Part shown: positions 25,335 through 36,740 of the stretch, piece by piece | Numbering within the stretch: the stretch's first letter is position 1 | Layout of the letters: each line of letters begins with the position of its first letter | NCBI RefSeq assembly: GCF_004010195.1 | Contig: NC_057760.1 | Span: 3,559,440-3,623,439 of the forward strand | DNA: 64,000 nucleotides | Direction of reading: 5' to 3' | From: Chiloscyllium plagiosum | Taxonomy: Eukaryota | Made by a program: the position numbers and the translations under genes | Notes under the pieces: generated by a model | What the model saw: only the letters and a program-made list of their open reading frames with translations | Database searches by the model: none | What the model was told of the DNA's origin: nothing

Positions 25335-26386
25335 CAATCATTCAAGTAATCCTGACAGTACGCTCTCAACATGGTCTTCAGGGTCTGATGCCACCTTTCT
25401 AAAGCTCCCTGGGGTTCAGCATGATACACACTGTATTTAAAGTGCTGTATACCTAAGCTATCCATACCCTCCTTAAACAACCGAGCAGTAAAATCTGACC
25501 CTTAGTGCGACTGAATCTCTCTGGGTAGACCATACCATGTGAAGAAAGCTACTAACTCCTCTACCACCTTTTTTGCCTTGATACTCCGTAGTGGAATTGA
25601 CTCCGGAAATCTGATAGACACATCCATTATGGTTAACAAGTACTGGTTCCCACTTTTAGTTCTCAGAAGGGGACCGACACAGTCAATTATAACCTGCTTG
25701 AAAGGTTCTCCAAATATGGGCGTTGGCTACAAAGGTGCTGGTTTTTATTACCACCTGTGGCTTACTTACCATTTGGCATGTATGACATATACAGCAAAAG
25801 GTAACCACATCCTCGTGCATTCCAGACCTTTGTACCTTAGCCTGAGTCTCTTGTACTCCTAGGTGACCTCCTATAGGTAGTTCATGTGCTACCCATAACA
25901 CTTCCTGCCTGTATACTACTGGCAACGCAATCTGGTGTACATCCGTCCATTTCTCCTCTGCACTAACCTGCCGTGGTCTCCATTTCCATCTTAGGATTCT
26001 GTCTTTCAGATAATAACCCTCATGAATATTCTCTGCCTCCTTTTCGGAGGTACGCATCCACATATATATCTTTTATTGTGTTGTCTTGCTGTTGCAAGTC
26101 CCTTAGCCTTTCAGGACTAAACACTTCTGCCTGACCCTCTGCCTGTTCAGGTTTTTCCTGCACCATTACATCAAACCGAATGTCCGCTAACTTGAATCTC
26201 AACTCCTTCATCTTTCTCTTTATTTTTCGCTTTATGCTGTGATTTATGATAGTGAGATCTTGTTACTACACAGTCTGGGAAAATACCAGGATGTTTCTGT
26301 TTTAACTCCTCAGTTTCTTGGTCTTCCTTGGGCTTCTCCACAAAGAGTGTCATTCCCACCTTGGATCCTGCCAAATCATTCCCAAG

Positions 26387-29197
26387 ACCTGTACAAGAAG
26401 AACGGATTGCACCTAAGTTGGAATGGGACTAATATACTGGCAGGGAGATTTGCTAGAGCTGCTCGGGAGGATTTATACTAGTAAAGTGGGGGTGTGGGAC
26501 CCAGGGAGATAGTGAGGAAAGGGATCAATCTGAGACTGGTACAGTTGAGAACAGAAGTGAGTCAAACAGTCAGGGCAGGCAGGGACAAGGTAGGACTAAT
26601 AAATTAGACTGCATTTATTTCAATACAAGGGGCCTAACAGGGAAGGCAGATGAACTCAGGGCATGGTTAGGAACATGGGACTGGGATATCATAGCAATTA
26701 CAGAAACATGGCTCAGGGATGGGCAGGACTGGCAGCTTAACGTTACAGGATACAAAGGGAGGATAGAAAGGGAGGCAAGAGAGGAGGGGGAGTGGTGTTT
26801 TTGATAAGGGATAGCATTGCAACTGTGCTGAGGGAGGATATTCCCAGAAATACATCCAAGAAAGTTATTTGGGTGGAACTGAGAAATAAGAAAGGGATGA
26901 TCACCTTATTGGGATTATATTATAGACCCCCTAATAGTCAGAGGGAAATTGAGAAACAAACTTGTAAGGAGATCTCAGCTATCTGTAAGAATAATAAGCT
27001 GGTTATGGTAGGGGATTTTAACTTTCCAAACATGGACTGGGACTGCCATAGTGTTAAGGGTTTAGATGGAGAGGAATTTGTTAAGTGTGTACAAGACAAT
27101 TTTCTGATTCAGTCTGTGGATGTACCTACTAGAGAAGGTGCAAAACTTGACATACTCTTGGTAAATTAGGCAGGGCAGGTGACTGAGGTGTCAGTGGGGG
27201 AGCACTTTGGGGCCAGCGACCATAATTCCATTAGATTTAAAATAGTGATGGAAAAGGATAGACCAGATCTAAAAGTTGAAGTTCTAAATTGGAGAAAGGC
27301 TAATATTAGGCAAGAACGTTCAAAAGCTGATTGGGGGCAGATGTTTGCAGGGAAAGGGACGGCTGGAAAATGAGAAGCCTTCAGGAATTAGATAACGAGA
27401 ATCCAGAGAAAGTATATTCCTGTCAGGGTGAAAGGAAAGGCTGGTAGGTGTAGGGAATGCTGGTTGACTAAAGAAATTGAGGGTTTGGTTAAGAAAAAGA
27501 AGGAAGCATATGTAAGGTATAGACAGGATAGATCAAGTTAATCTGTAGAAGAGTATAAAGGCAGTAGGAGTATATTTAAGAGGGAAATCAGGAGGGCAAA
27601 AAGGGGACATGAGATAACTTTGGCAAATAGAGTTCAGGAGAATTCAAAGGGTTTTTACAAATACATTAAGGATAAAAGGGTAACTAGGGAGAGAATAGGG
27701 CCTCTCAAAGAGCAGTAACGTGGCCTTTGTGTGGAGCCGCAGAAAATGAGGGAGATACTAAACAAGTATTTTGCATTAATATTTACTGTGGAAAAGGGCA
27801 TGAAAGATATAGAATGTAGGGAAATTGATGGTGACACCTTGCAAAAGGAGGAAGTGCTGGGTGTCTTGAAATGCATAAATGTGGATAAATCCCCAGGACC
27901 TGATCAGGTGTACCCTAGAACACTGTGGGAAGCTAGAGAAGTGATTGCTGGGCCTCTTGCTGAGATATTTGTATCATTGATAGTCACAGGTGAGGTGCCG
28001 GAAGACTGGAGGTTGGCTAACGTGGTGCCACTGTTTAAGAAGGGTGGTAAGGACAAGCCAGGGAACTATAGACCAGTGAGCCTGACCTCGGTGGTGGGCA
28101 AGTTGTTGGAGGGAATCCTGAGGTACAGAACTGGCTCAAAGGTAGAAGACAGAGGGTCATGGTGGAGGGTTGTTTTTCAGACTGGAGGCCTGTGACCAGT
28201 GTAGTGCCACAAGGATCGGTGCTGGGTCCACTACTTTTTGTCTACATAAATGATTTGGATGTGAACATAAGAGTTAGTAAGTTTGCAGATGACACCAAAA
28301 TTGGAGGTGTAGTGGACAGCGAAGAAGGTTACCTCAGATTACAACAGGACCTTGATCAGATGGGCCAATGGGCTGAGAAGTGGCAGATGGAGTTTAATTC
28401 AGATAAATGCAAGGTGCTGTGTTTTGGGAAAGCAAATCTTAGCAGGACTTATACACTTAATGGTAAGGTCCTTGGGAGTGTTGCTGAACAAAGAGACCTT
28501 GGAGTGCAGATTCATAGTTCCTTGAAAATGGAGTTGCAGGTAGATAGGATAGTGAAGATGGCGTTTGGTATGCTTTCTTTTATTGGTCAGAGTATTGAGT
28601 ACAGGAGTTGGAAGGTCATGTTGCAGCTGTACAGGGCATTGGTTAGGCCACTGTTGGAATATTGCATGCACTTTTGGTCTCCTTCCTATCGGAAAGATGT
28701 TGTGAAATTTGAAAGGGTTCAGAAAAGATTTACAAGGAAGTTGCCAGGGTTGGAACATTTGAGCTATAGGGAGAGGCTGAACAGACTGGGGCTGTTTTCC
28801 CTGGAGCATCCGAGGTTGAGGGGTGACCTTATAGAGGTTTATAAAATCATGTGGGGCATGGATAGAATAAATAGACAAGGTATGTTCCCTGGGGTGGGTG
28901 AGTCTCGAACTAGAGGGCATAGGTTTAGGGTGAGAGGGGAAAGATATAAAAGAGAACTAAGGGGCAACGTTTTCATGCAGAGGGTGGTACGTGTTTGGAA
29001 TGAGCTGCCAGAGTGGAGGCTGGTACAATTACAACACTTAAAAGGCATTTGGATGGGTATATGAATAGGAAGGGTTTACAGGGATATGGGCCGGTGCTGG
29101 CAGGTGGAACTAGATTGGGTTGGGATATCTGGTCGGCATGGGTGGGTTGGACCGAAGGGTCTGTTTCCATGTTGTACATCTCTATGACTCTATGACT
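26387..29197 (+). mobile_element. 5'-truncated CR1-clade (HER1-like) LINE: ORF1 C-terminus, APE endonuclease, RT and (CTATGACT)n tail; inserted in the Gypsy protease region
   Basis: DLYKKNGLHL..GTNILAGRF (ORF1 end); DIIAITETW, LYYRPP, MVGDFNFP, SDHN (APE); [18 protein letters not shown] (RT, ORF 28159..29064). Stops, frameshifts and an internal deletion near 28122. Confidence 0.95.
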
Positions 29198-31035
29198 AAC
29201 AAACTGAATTCCTGGAACTGACACTCTGTCAATCACACCCACTGTTACATCCCCAGTCTTGAGTTGGCACTCCAACCGGCTCTTACAAGGGGGAACACTA
29301 AATTTCTGTCCATCTATCCCACAAATTACCACACTCTCAGTTAACAGATCAGAAAGTGTGCATATTTGCTCATCCCTTGCTATCAGCAACTGGTTAGATC
29401 CTGTCTCTCTCAAAATTATAACTTATTTCCCTTCTCCCCTGTTCCTTCTGAGTAAACTTTACCCACAGAGGTGAATCCTTTGTACAGATCAGGTACTAAC
29501 TTCATACCCAGCCCCTGCCTCGGCTGTGCACTCTCCTGCAGCTCCTCAGCTCCTCTTGGGATTTCCTTTATTACCTTCACTAATGCCACTGGCTTAGCTT
29601 CTTCTACCACATCTTTTCCCAGAGTGCCTTTCTTTAACGACCAGCACTGTGATTTTATATGTCCCACTTTCTGGCAGTGAACACACCTTTTCCCAGTGCC
29701 CTTCTTATACCACCAGCACTGTGATTTTCTGTGTCCCACTCCATTACAGTGAAAAGACCTGAGGCCTTTCACCTCCCTTCCACTCTCTTGCACTTCTTTA
29801 TCCTGTGGTAAACTGTTACCAGTGTTCTCTACTCTTCGTTTCGGAGTGTAGGATCTGCCCTTCTCCCAACTTCTATCTCTCGCAGGATGAAATTCTGGCC
29901 AGAAGTTTGTCTTATGCACCAACATATATTCATCTGCTAATTCTGCTTCCCTTCTCACTTCCTGAACTTTCTGTCCCTCCACGTGAATTCTGACCATCTC
30001 TGGAAGTGAGTTTTTAAACTCGTCCAGCAGAATAATCTCTCGTGGAGCCTCCTAGGTCTTATCTACTTTGAAAGCACATACCCATCTATCAAAGTAACTA
30101 TGTTTAATTCTTTCGAACTCAACCTGACCTGACTTGGTTCCTTATTTATGTTTCTGTACCGCTGTCTATGTGCTTCTGGTACCAATTCATAAGCACTCAA
30201 AATACCCTGTTTAACCTATTCAGAATATCTTGACCCCTCATCTGACAGCAAAGCAAATACCTCACGAGCTCTGCCTACCACTTTAGTCTGAACTAGCATT
30301 ACCCATAAATCCTCGGGCCTCTCCATCTGCTTAGACAAATTTTCAAATGAAATAAAGAAAGCTTCAACATCTTTCTCATCAAAATGTGGCAGAGTTTTGA
30401 CATACTTGTATATTTTACTACTTTCTGTTTTGATCTCCATCCTGTTAACTTGACTTTGCTGACTAAGTTGCAACTTGTCAAGTTCAAATTCTCTCTCTTT
30501 TTGCTCCGCTAAGAACCTTCTCTCTCTCCTTCCTCTCTCTCTCTTTCTCTTTCCCTTTTTTCTCTCTCTCTTTACTTAGCTAAGAACCTTCTCTCTCTCT
30601 GCCCTTCCTCTCTTTCTGTCTGTATATCTTCTAACTCCATTTTCCTCAATTGTAATTTAAGCTTTTCTACCTCTACTGCACTTGTCTGTTTCTCTAACGC
30701 ACCTAAGTGTTTGAGTAACTCCCTTACAATTTCAGCTTTACTTTTGTCCTTTGTTAAACCCAACTCTAACTTAATTGCTAACTCTAAAGGTATGGCCTTT
30801 TTCATTCCTTCTAAACCTTCTTGGCAAATTTGAGAATCATCTTCAAATCCCAGAACCTCTTTAACAATTTTAACAGCCATTTCACTCACTTTTAATTTCA
30901 TAAACCACAAGTCACCGAAATTAAACAAATTGCCTCACTTGCATTTTATTTAAAGATCTAGGATGCTAACCTGCAAGTGTTTAAATCTACTGGGTTTTTT
31001 CATACCCCCAGATCTATTCAAATCTGTCTAAACTA

Positions 31036-31060
31036 GTTCAAATCCCGGACAAGCCTCCGA
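31036..31060 (-). other. Primer-binding site complementary to the tRNA-Pro 3' end
   Basis: Plus strand GTTCAAATCCCGGACAAGCCTCCGA versus tRNA-Pro 3' end GTTCAAATCCCGGACGAGCCCCCA; lies 2 nt from the LTR end. Confidence 0.85.
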
Positions 31061-31062
31061 AC

Positions 31063-31590
31063 TGTTATGACACAGGGTAAATCGCCCCTGCTAACTTAAA
31101 CCTGCAACACAAAAATGATTTAACCCATGCTGTAATCTGTTAAAATTCGAGAGGCCAAGAACGATCCCAAAAGTTGCTATTTAAAGTACAAAAAAAGTAA
31201 GAACTTTATTCTTTAAGTCTAACATAGAATATTAACTAACAACTATTTACAACTCCTTCCTCTAGCCTACCTTTTACTTACCCTTCTACAATACTGGTCC
31301 AATAAAACCCTCAATTAAAATTTACCAAAGATTCAAATTTCAAAACCAGTCAGCTGTTGAATCTTCTCTTTGTATCTTCCTCTGTCTTCTTTTCTTCTTA
31401 GAGATTTCTGTTTCCCAGGTCATTGATAGATAAAGGTACCTTTAAGAGAGCTATTCTCTGAGCAGTCTGCATATGTCGGTGGCTTGGCAGTTCTCCTCCA
31501 ACTGTTCAGTTTTGCCCAGTCTTATACCCCAAAGTATCGGATTGTTTCATTGGTTTTAATATTGTCAAAATATTAAATTCAAACTTGATT
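31063..31590 (-). repeat. 5' LTR (partial) of the Gypsy element
   Basis: Minus strand ends ...TCATAACA immediately before the PBS; AT-rich and non-coding. Distal end is cut by a LINE 3' fragment at about 31592. Confidence 0.7.
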
Positions 31591-31950
31591 GGACTGCTGA
31601 ACAACATAGTGGACCGAAGGGCCTATACTGTGCTATACAGTAAGCTCTACGTATAAGTCCAGCCCTGATTTGCCTTTCCAAAATGCAGCACCTCAGATTT
31701 ATCTAGATTAAATTCCATCTACCTCTCCTCGGCCCATTGGCCCATCTGAATAAGGTCCCATTGTACTCTGAGGTAGTCTTCTTTGCTGTCCACTAAAATA
31801 TCAGTGTAGCCACAGTTAGAAGGAATGTACGTTTAGGCATGACAGGAAGTATATGTGAAGCATAATGACCAAGTGTTGGGAAATTGGTTGTTATAAACTG
31901 GGAGACCTCATATCTGGATTATAACAGAGAGTGTTATAAGCAGATATGAT

Positions 31951-32410
31951 TTGGAGATGCCAGTATTGGACTGGGGTGTACAAAGTTAAAAATCACACAA
32001 TACCAGATTATAGTCCAACAGATTTAATTGGAAGCACTAGCTTTCAGAGCGCCGCTCCTTCATCAGGTGGTTGTGGAGTATAAGATCGTAAGGCACAGAA
32101 TTTATAGCAAAAGTTTACAGGGTGGTGTAGCTAAAATTATATTTTGAAAAAGACCAGGATTGTTTGTTAAGTCCCACATCTTTTAGAATGAACATGTTGG
32201 TTTCAGTTCTTTCATATGTAAATTGCAGAACATTTAAAAGTGACATTCTCAAGCAAACTTTAACGTTTGGTGTCATTGTCAGCCCAGATAATGCATCTAA
32301 ATAATAGGTTCACTCCACAACCACCTGATGAAGGAGCAGTGCTCCGAAAGCTAGTGTTTGCAAGTAAACCTGTTGGACTATAACCTGGTGTTGTGTGATT
32401 TTTAACTTTC
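31951..32410. mobile_element. PLE family-2 insertion with inverted terminal repeats
   Basis: 31984-32079 and 32313-32409 are inverted copies; TSD TAAGCAGATATGAT at 31937-31950 and 32411-32424. Related fragments at about 5240-5362 and 8288-8400. Confidence 0.8.
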
Positions 32411-33960
32411 TAAGCAGATATGATAGAGTGTTTTTAAATTATAGAGCATTTTATTAGCCTTGGTAAGATGTCAGTGACAGAGAGCCCTTAACTTCAAAGT
32501 GCCTCAAAAGGGATGGTTAGGAAAACAATCTTTGCAATGTCGATTCCTGGTTTTTGCCAGAGGAAGACTGCATTGCATTTTCTATGAGGACATTAGATAA
32601 ATCAGAAAGCGATGCAATGCCATGGGGAGTAAATGAAGCTGAGTAAATGGCTGCAACAAAAAAATGATATCGGTCTGATGGGTTGAATGACTCTTGTGAG
32701 TACTTTTAACATCTGCAAATCTATATTTTGTTTCAAATGTGGCAGACTCCTGGTATAGCACCATCAAGAGCCAGCCTATTCTGCACTCTTCAGCCATGGT
32801 ATCTCCATCTGTTCCACATCTGTCTAACTCTGTGCTCTGCTTCTCTCTTAATATTTAACTTTCTCTTATTCCTGTCAGCTTGGAAGTGGACTGAGTGGAA
32901 ATAGTATATGGACTTGGGGCTGGATGAGTTACAATCAGCAGCAATTAGGAGCTTGTTGGAATGAGATTCTGGCAAGGATAATTTCTGCACAGCAAGGTCT
33001 CGCAAACAACATTTGAATGATTGAGCAACTATCCTATTTTTGAGAGAGGAGTGTTGACCACTGGGAAAATAGCCTTGTTGGTGTAGTGATTTTTAACATC
33101 CACACAAAATATAAGAAGTGGCTTTGGTTTGATTCATGACGCTTTGGCAGTACAGCATTGAAGTATCACCCTCAATATATTTTCTCAATTTCTAATATGC
33201 CCCTTCAACCATAATGTTCTAAATCATAGCTGAGCCTTTTATTAACTGAGCGAAATTGACACACAGTTAGCAGGTCTCCTCTGAGGCCCAGTAGATTCAT
33301 AAGACATGGATATGTTGCCAAACCCTGATCATCCTTGAAGTGAATGATTTGCTAGGGCCATTTCAGAGGGAAATTAAGAATCAACCACTTTGCCGTGGGT
33401 CTGGAGTCACATGTAGGCCAGACCAGGTAAAGACAATAGATCTCATCCCCTAAAGGACATGAGTCCTTTACCATTACACCAGCTTTTAATTGAATTCAAA
33501 TTTCACCATCTGGCACATGAGATTCAAGCCCATATCCCCAGAACATTAGCCTGGGTCCCTGGATAACTCGTCCAGTGACATTACTGCTCTGCTATCACTT
33601 CCCTTCAGTGTCAATGATAACTGAAGCAACTACTCGAACTTGGATTTCTGAGCCCATTCACGTACAGATGTTAGCTGACTGTGCCACACAACTCCGTACT
33701 TAGTTTCTAAACAGGCTCACCACTTTTCATATCGAACAGCTTTTGCACCTGTCATTCATAAAGCTGTTAGGTCAGGAATTGCCATCTTGGCACCCTTAAC
33801 TGCTGTGTAAACAAGTGATTGTATATATGAACATTTTACAGATCAAAAATACCCCAGATTTTAAGCTCCATCTCTGCAGAATTTGTTGAGTTCAGTCAAG
33901 AATGACAATAAAGGTCCCTCCTAGTTTAAGAAGGACACATAATTGCCTTACCATGCCCTG

Positions 33961-34112
33961 GTGAAAACAAGGACTGCAGATGCTGGAAACCAGAGTCTAG
34001 ATTAGAGTGGTGTTGGAAAAGCACAGCAGGTCAGGCAGCATTCGAGGAACAGGGAAATCCTGCTCCTCGGATGCTGCCTGACCTGCTGTGCTTTTCCAGC
34101 ACCACTCTAATC
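33961..34112. mobile_element. Short palindromic PLE terminal-repeat insertion
   Basis: Inverted arms around 34050; TSD TACCATGCCCTG at 33949-33960 and 34113-34124. Confidence 0.8.
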
Positions 34113-35583
34113 TACCATGCCCTGTCTCAGTCCTATGTCCTAACTTTTCCTTTTAAACCTCTGCATCTGCCAGTTGCATTTCCTCTCTTGCATTGCTGTA
34201 CATGCACAACCTTCCACTTGTCTTAGTCTGATCCCTCTAAAAATATCTTCATCCGAATTGTTCCTGGCCTCCTTTTAAAAACCTGTTTGTTTCTGACCTC
34301 TGGAACTGCTGTTCCAGCAGCTTATATTGAGCCCTCTTGTGGCACAGTGGTAATGTCCGAGACCAGGAGGCCCAGGTTTTGTGTCCCACCTGCTCCAGAG
34401 GTGTGCAATAACATCCTTGCACAGGCTGATTAGAAAAATTGGTTTAGTTAAAAAAAGAAATTCCGGCACTTTGTCTTTCACAATTGCAGGGGTGCAAGCA
34501 AATAAATCACCACAATGGGGCACTGGAGATCCACACGAGATGCAGCTCCAAACTCTGACAGTTGATTAACTTTTTGAGAGTCTTGGTAAACTACTGGGTA
34601 ACAATTCTTTGTATTTCCAACAACTTTTTTCTATTCTTCCTTCTCCCCATTTGAGTTGGTGATTTATTTTTCCTCTTAGGGCTGGTGTGTGGTAATATAT
34701 TGTTTTTAATTTTGTGATTAGTATTTTCTATTTTAATTGTTTATGTCATGTGGGTAATATTGTGAACCGAAGTGTTATTTATACAATTATTTCCTAAATG
34801 TTTAGGAAAACTTAACTTTTTGTGATCTCAGGATATTCCAAAGTGATTTAAAGCAGTGAGGAATCTGTGGAATTTCCTGTCCAGTGAAGCAGTTGGGGCT
34901 ACCTCTTCAAATGTTTTTAAGGCAAAGATAGATTGATTTTTGACCAGTAAAGGAATTAAGGGTTATGGTGAGCAGGCAGGTAAGTGGAGCTGAGGCCATG
35001 AAAAGATCAGCCATGATCTCATTGAGTGGTGCAGCTGGCTCGAAGGGCCAAATGGCCAACTCCTGCTCCTAGTTCTAATGCTCTTATTTCTGATGTTCTT
35101 ATGTTTTGTGATATAACTGATGTGCAGTGAGTTTGCACACAACATAATCTTACAAGCAATGTGTCGTGATAACCAGATAACCTCTTTTAGTGATGTTAGT
35201 TAGGGCATAACTATGAATTGGTCCAGAACACAAACTCCTTGCTGTTCTTCAAAATAGGGGCTGTAGAATCTTTAATGTTTGCCCCAAAAAGTGGACAGCA
35301 CCTCATGTGTAGCATCTTATCCACGAGGTGACACCTCTCACAGTGTAGCACTTCCCCAGTACTGCTTTGGGCTATCAGCCTAGATTTGAAGCATGAGACT
35401 TGATTTCAAGTCGAGAATACTGCCAAATGAGACACTGCAAATAAGGAGCACCCAATAATGCCTCACAAGCAAATGGAAGGAAATGGATGTTGATCCTGGA
35501 AGGGAGAGTTTCACATAGAGATAAGCTTTGTGAAGGTTTTCCAAAGATTGAGAGAATCTTGTGTTCACTCCTTTATTTGCGAC

Positions 35584-36063
35584 ACTTCAACTCTCCCTCT
35601 CATTCTGCTGAGGACATGCAGGTCCTGGGCCTCCTCCATCACCACTCCCTCACCACCCAATGCCTGGAGGAGGAACACCTCATCTTCCACCTCGGGACCC
35701 TCCAACCCCAGGGCATCAATGTGGACTTCACCAGTTTCCCCATATCCCCTCCCCCCACCTTACCCTAGTTCCAACCTTCCAGCTCAGCACTGTCCTCATG
35801 ACCTGTCCCATCTGAATATCTTCCTTCCCACCTATCTGCTTCACCCTCCCCTCCGACCTATGACCTTCACTCCACCTCCACCCACCTATTGCACTCTCAG
35901 CTACCTTCCCCCCCCAGCCCCAACCCCCCCTCCTATTTATCTCTCCACCCCCGAGGCTCCCAGCCTCATTCCTGATGAAGGGCTTTTGCCAGAAACGTCG
36001 ATTTTACTGCTCCTCAGATGCTGCCTGACCTGCTGTGTTTTTCCAACACCACACACTTGACTC
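35584..36063 (+). mobile_element. Penelope-like element 3' fragment: GIY-YIG C-terminus plus terminal repeat with hammerhead core
   Basis: HFNSPSHSAEDMQVLGL...LEEEHLIFHLGTLQPQGINVDF (in ORF 35487..35768) followed by the same terminal repeat seen in many short copies. TSD TATTTGCGAC at 35574-35583 and 36064-36073. Confidence 0.85.
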
Positions 36064-36559
36064 TATTTGCGACCATGATCTGATCCAGGGCAGAGAAGAT
36101 CAGCCAAAAGGTTTCTTCCTACAAAGGTGCTGGGAAATGAAGCAAGCTGTCTGGTTCCAAGTCAGCTTAGGGTCAATCCTGACAGGTATAAACTGACATT
36201 CAGAAAGAACCATGGCGTGAACTGTCAGTGGTTCAGGATGAAGAATGGAGATGGGATAATGGGTAAATGTTCTGGACTATCATTCAACTAGTTTTGGGAA
36301 GCAGAATCTATTTACATGGAGTCACAGTTTGTGATTAAATAGTAAGTTTGAGCCTTTGACGGTCCACAAATTGCAAATGAGATAAATAACAGTCCACCTG
36401 GAGAATCAGGTGTTCTTGCAGTATAATCGTGGTCCTATCGTGGTCCTTCACTTAGAACAGTGAAGCATACCCGTGGCACCAAAGTGTTCCTTTTTAAGTT
36501 TATTGAAAAGATCTGGCTGTCGTGTAGTAAATAAAATTGTACTTTTTTCTTTAAAGCAT

Positions 36560-36740
36560 CCTCCACAAGGAACAATAGAGTCTGTAGCTCCAAGGCAATC
36601 AGTCAGATGATCTCACAGCAACAGTTTAGGAGTAGAAAAAGACAGAGAGGGTGACTGGATGAAGTGTAACTTTGCCCTGCCTGTGGGCGGGGCTGTGTTT
36701 AAGCACCAGGACCACAGGCTGTATATAAAGTGAGTAACGT
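36560..36740 (+). promoter_or_regulatory. Candidate proximal promoter of the integrin gene
   Basis: GC box GGGCGGGGC 36685-36693, RUNX-type ACCACA 36711-36716, TATATAAA 36722-36729 and SOX-type AACAAT 36571-36576, in repeat-free sequence about 630 nt upstream of the ATG. Motif-level evidence only. Confidence 0.45.

Larger units (their letters stand above)
22330..31590 (-). mobile_element. Degenerate Gmr1-like Ty3/Gypsy LTR retrotransposon (5' LTR, PBS, gag with SCAN-like domain and zinc knuckles, protease, integrase; RT/RNaseH and 3' LTR not seen), interrupted by two LINEs
   Basis: gag from ATG 30880 (LPHFDEKDVEAFFISFE..W...VGRAREVFA; AYELVPEAHRQRYR; LLDEFKNSLPEMVRIHV) with CVHCQKVGHIKSQC. 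Protease ILRETGS near 29400. Integrase HHCC (AHELPIGGHLG...CHTCQ), IIDCVGPL, ERWHQTLKTML, WDKGIPFILFAIR, FSGPYQI. Multiple stops and frameshifts. Confidence 0.9.

Noticed and set aside
28159..29064. 301-aa RT ORF as an active or domesticated gene
   Set aside because: It is only the C-terminal part of a 5'-truncated CR1 ORF2 with upstream stops, frameshifts and an internal deletion.
30490..30625. (CT)n-rich tract as an independent regulatory microsatellite
   Set aside because: Lies within Gypsy gag, encoding the Arg/Glu-rich coiled region, with local slippage duplication.
31036..31060. tRNA-Pro gene
   Set aside because: Only the 3' end is present, directly beside an LTR end, so it is a primer-binding site.
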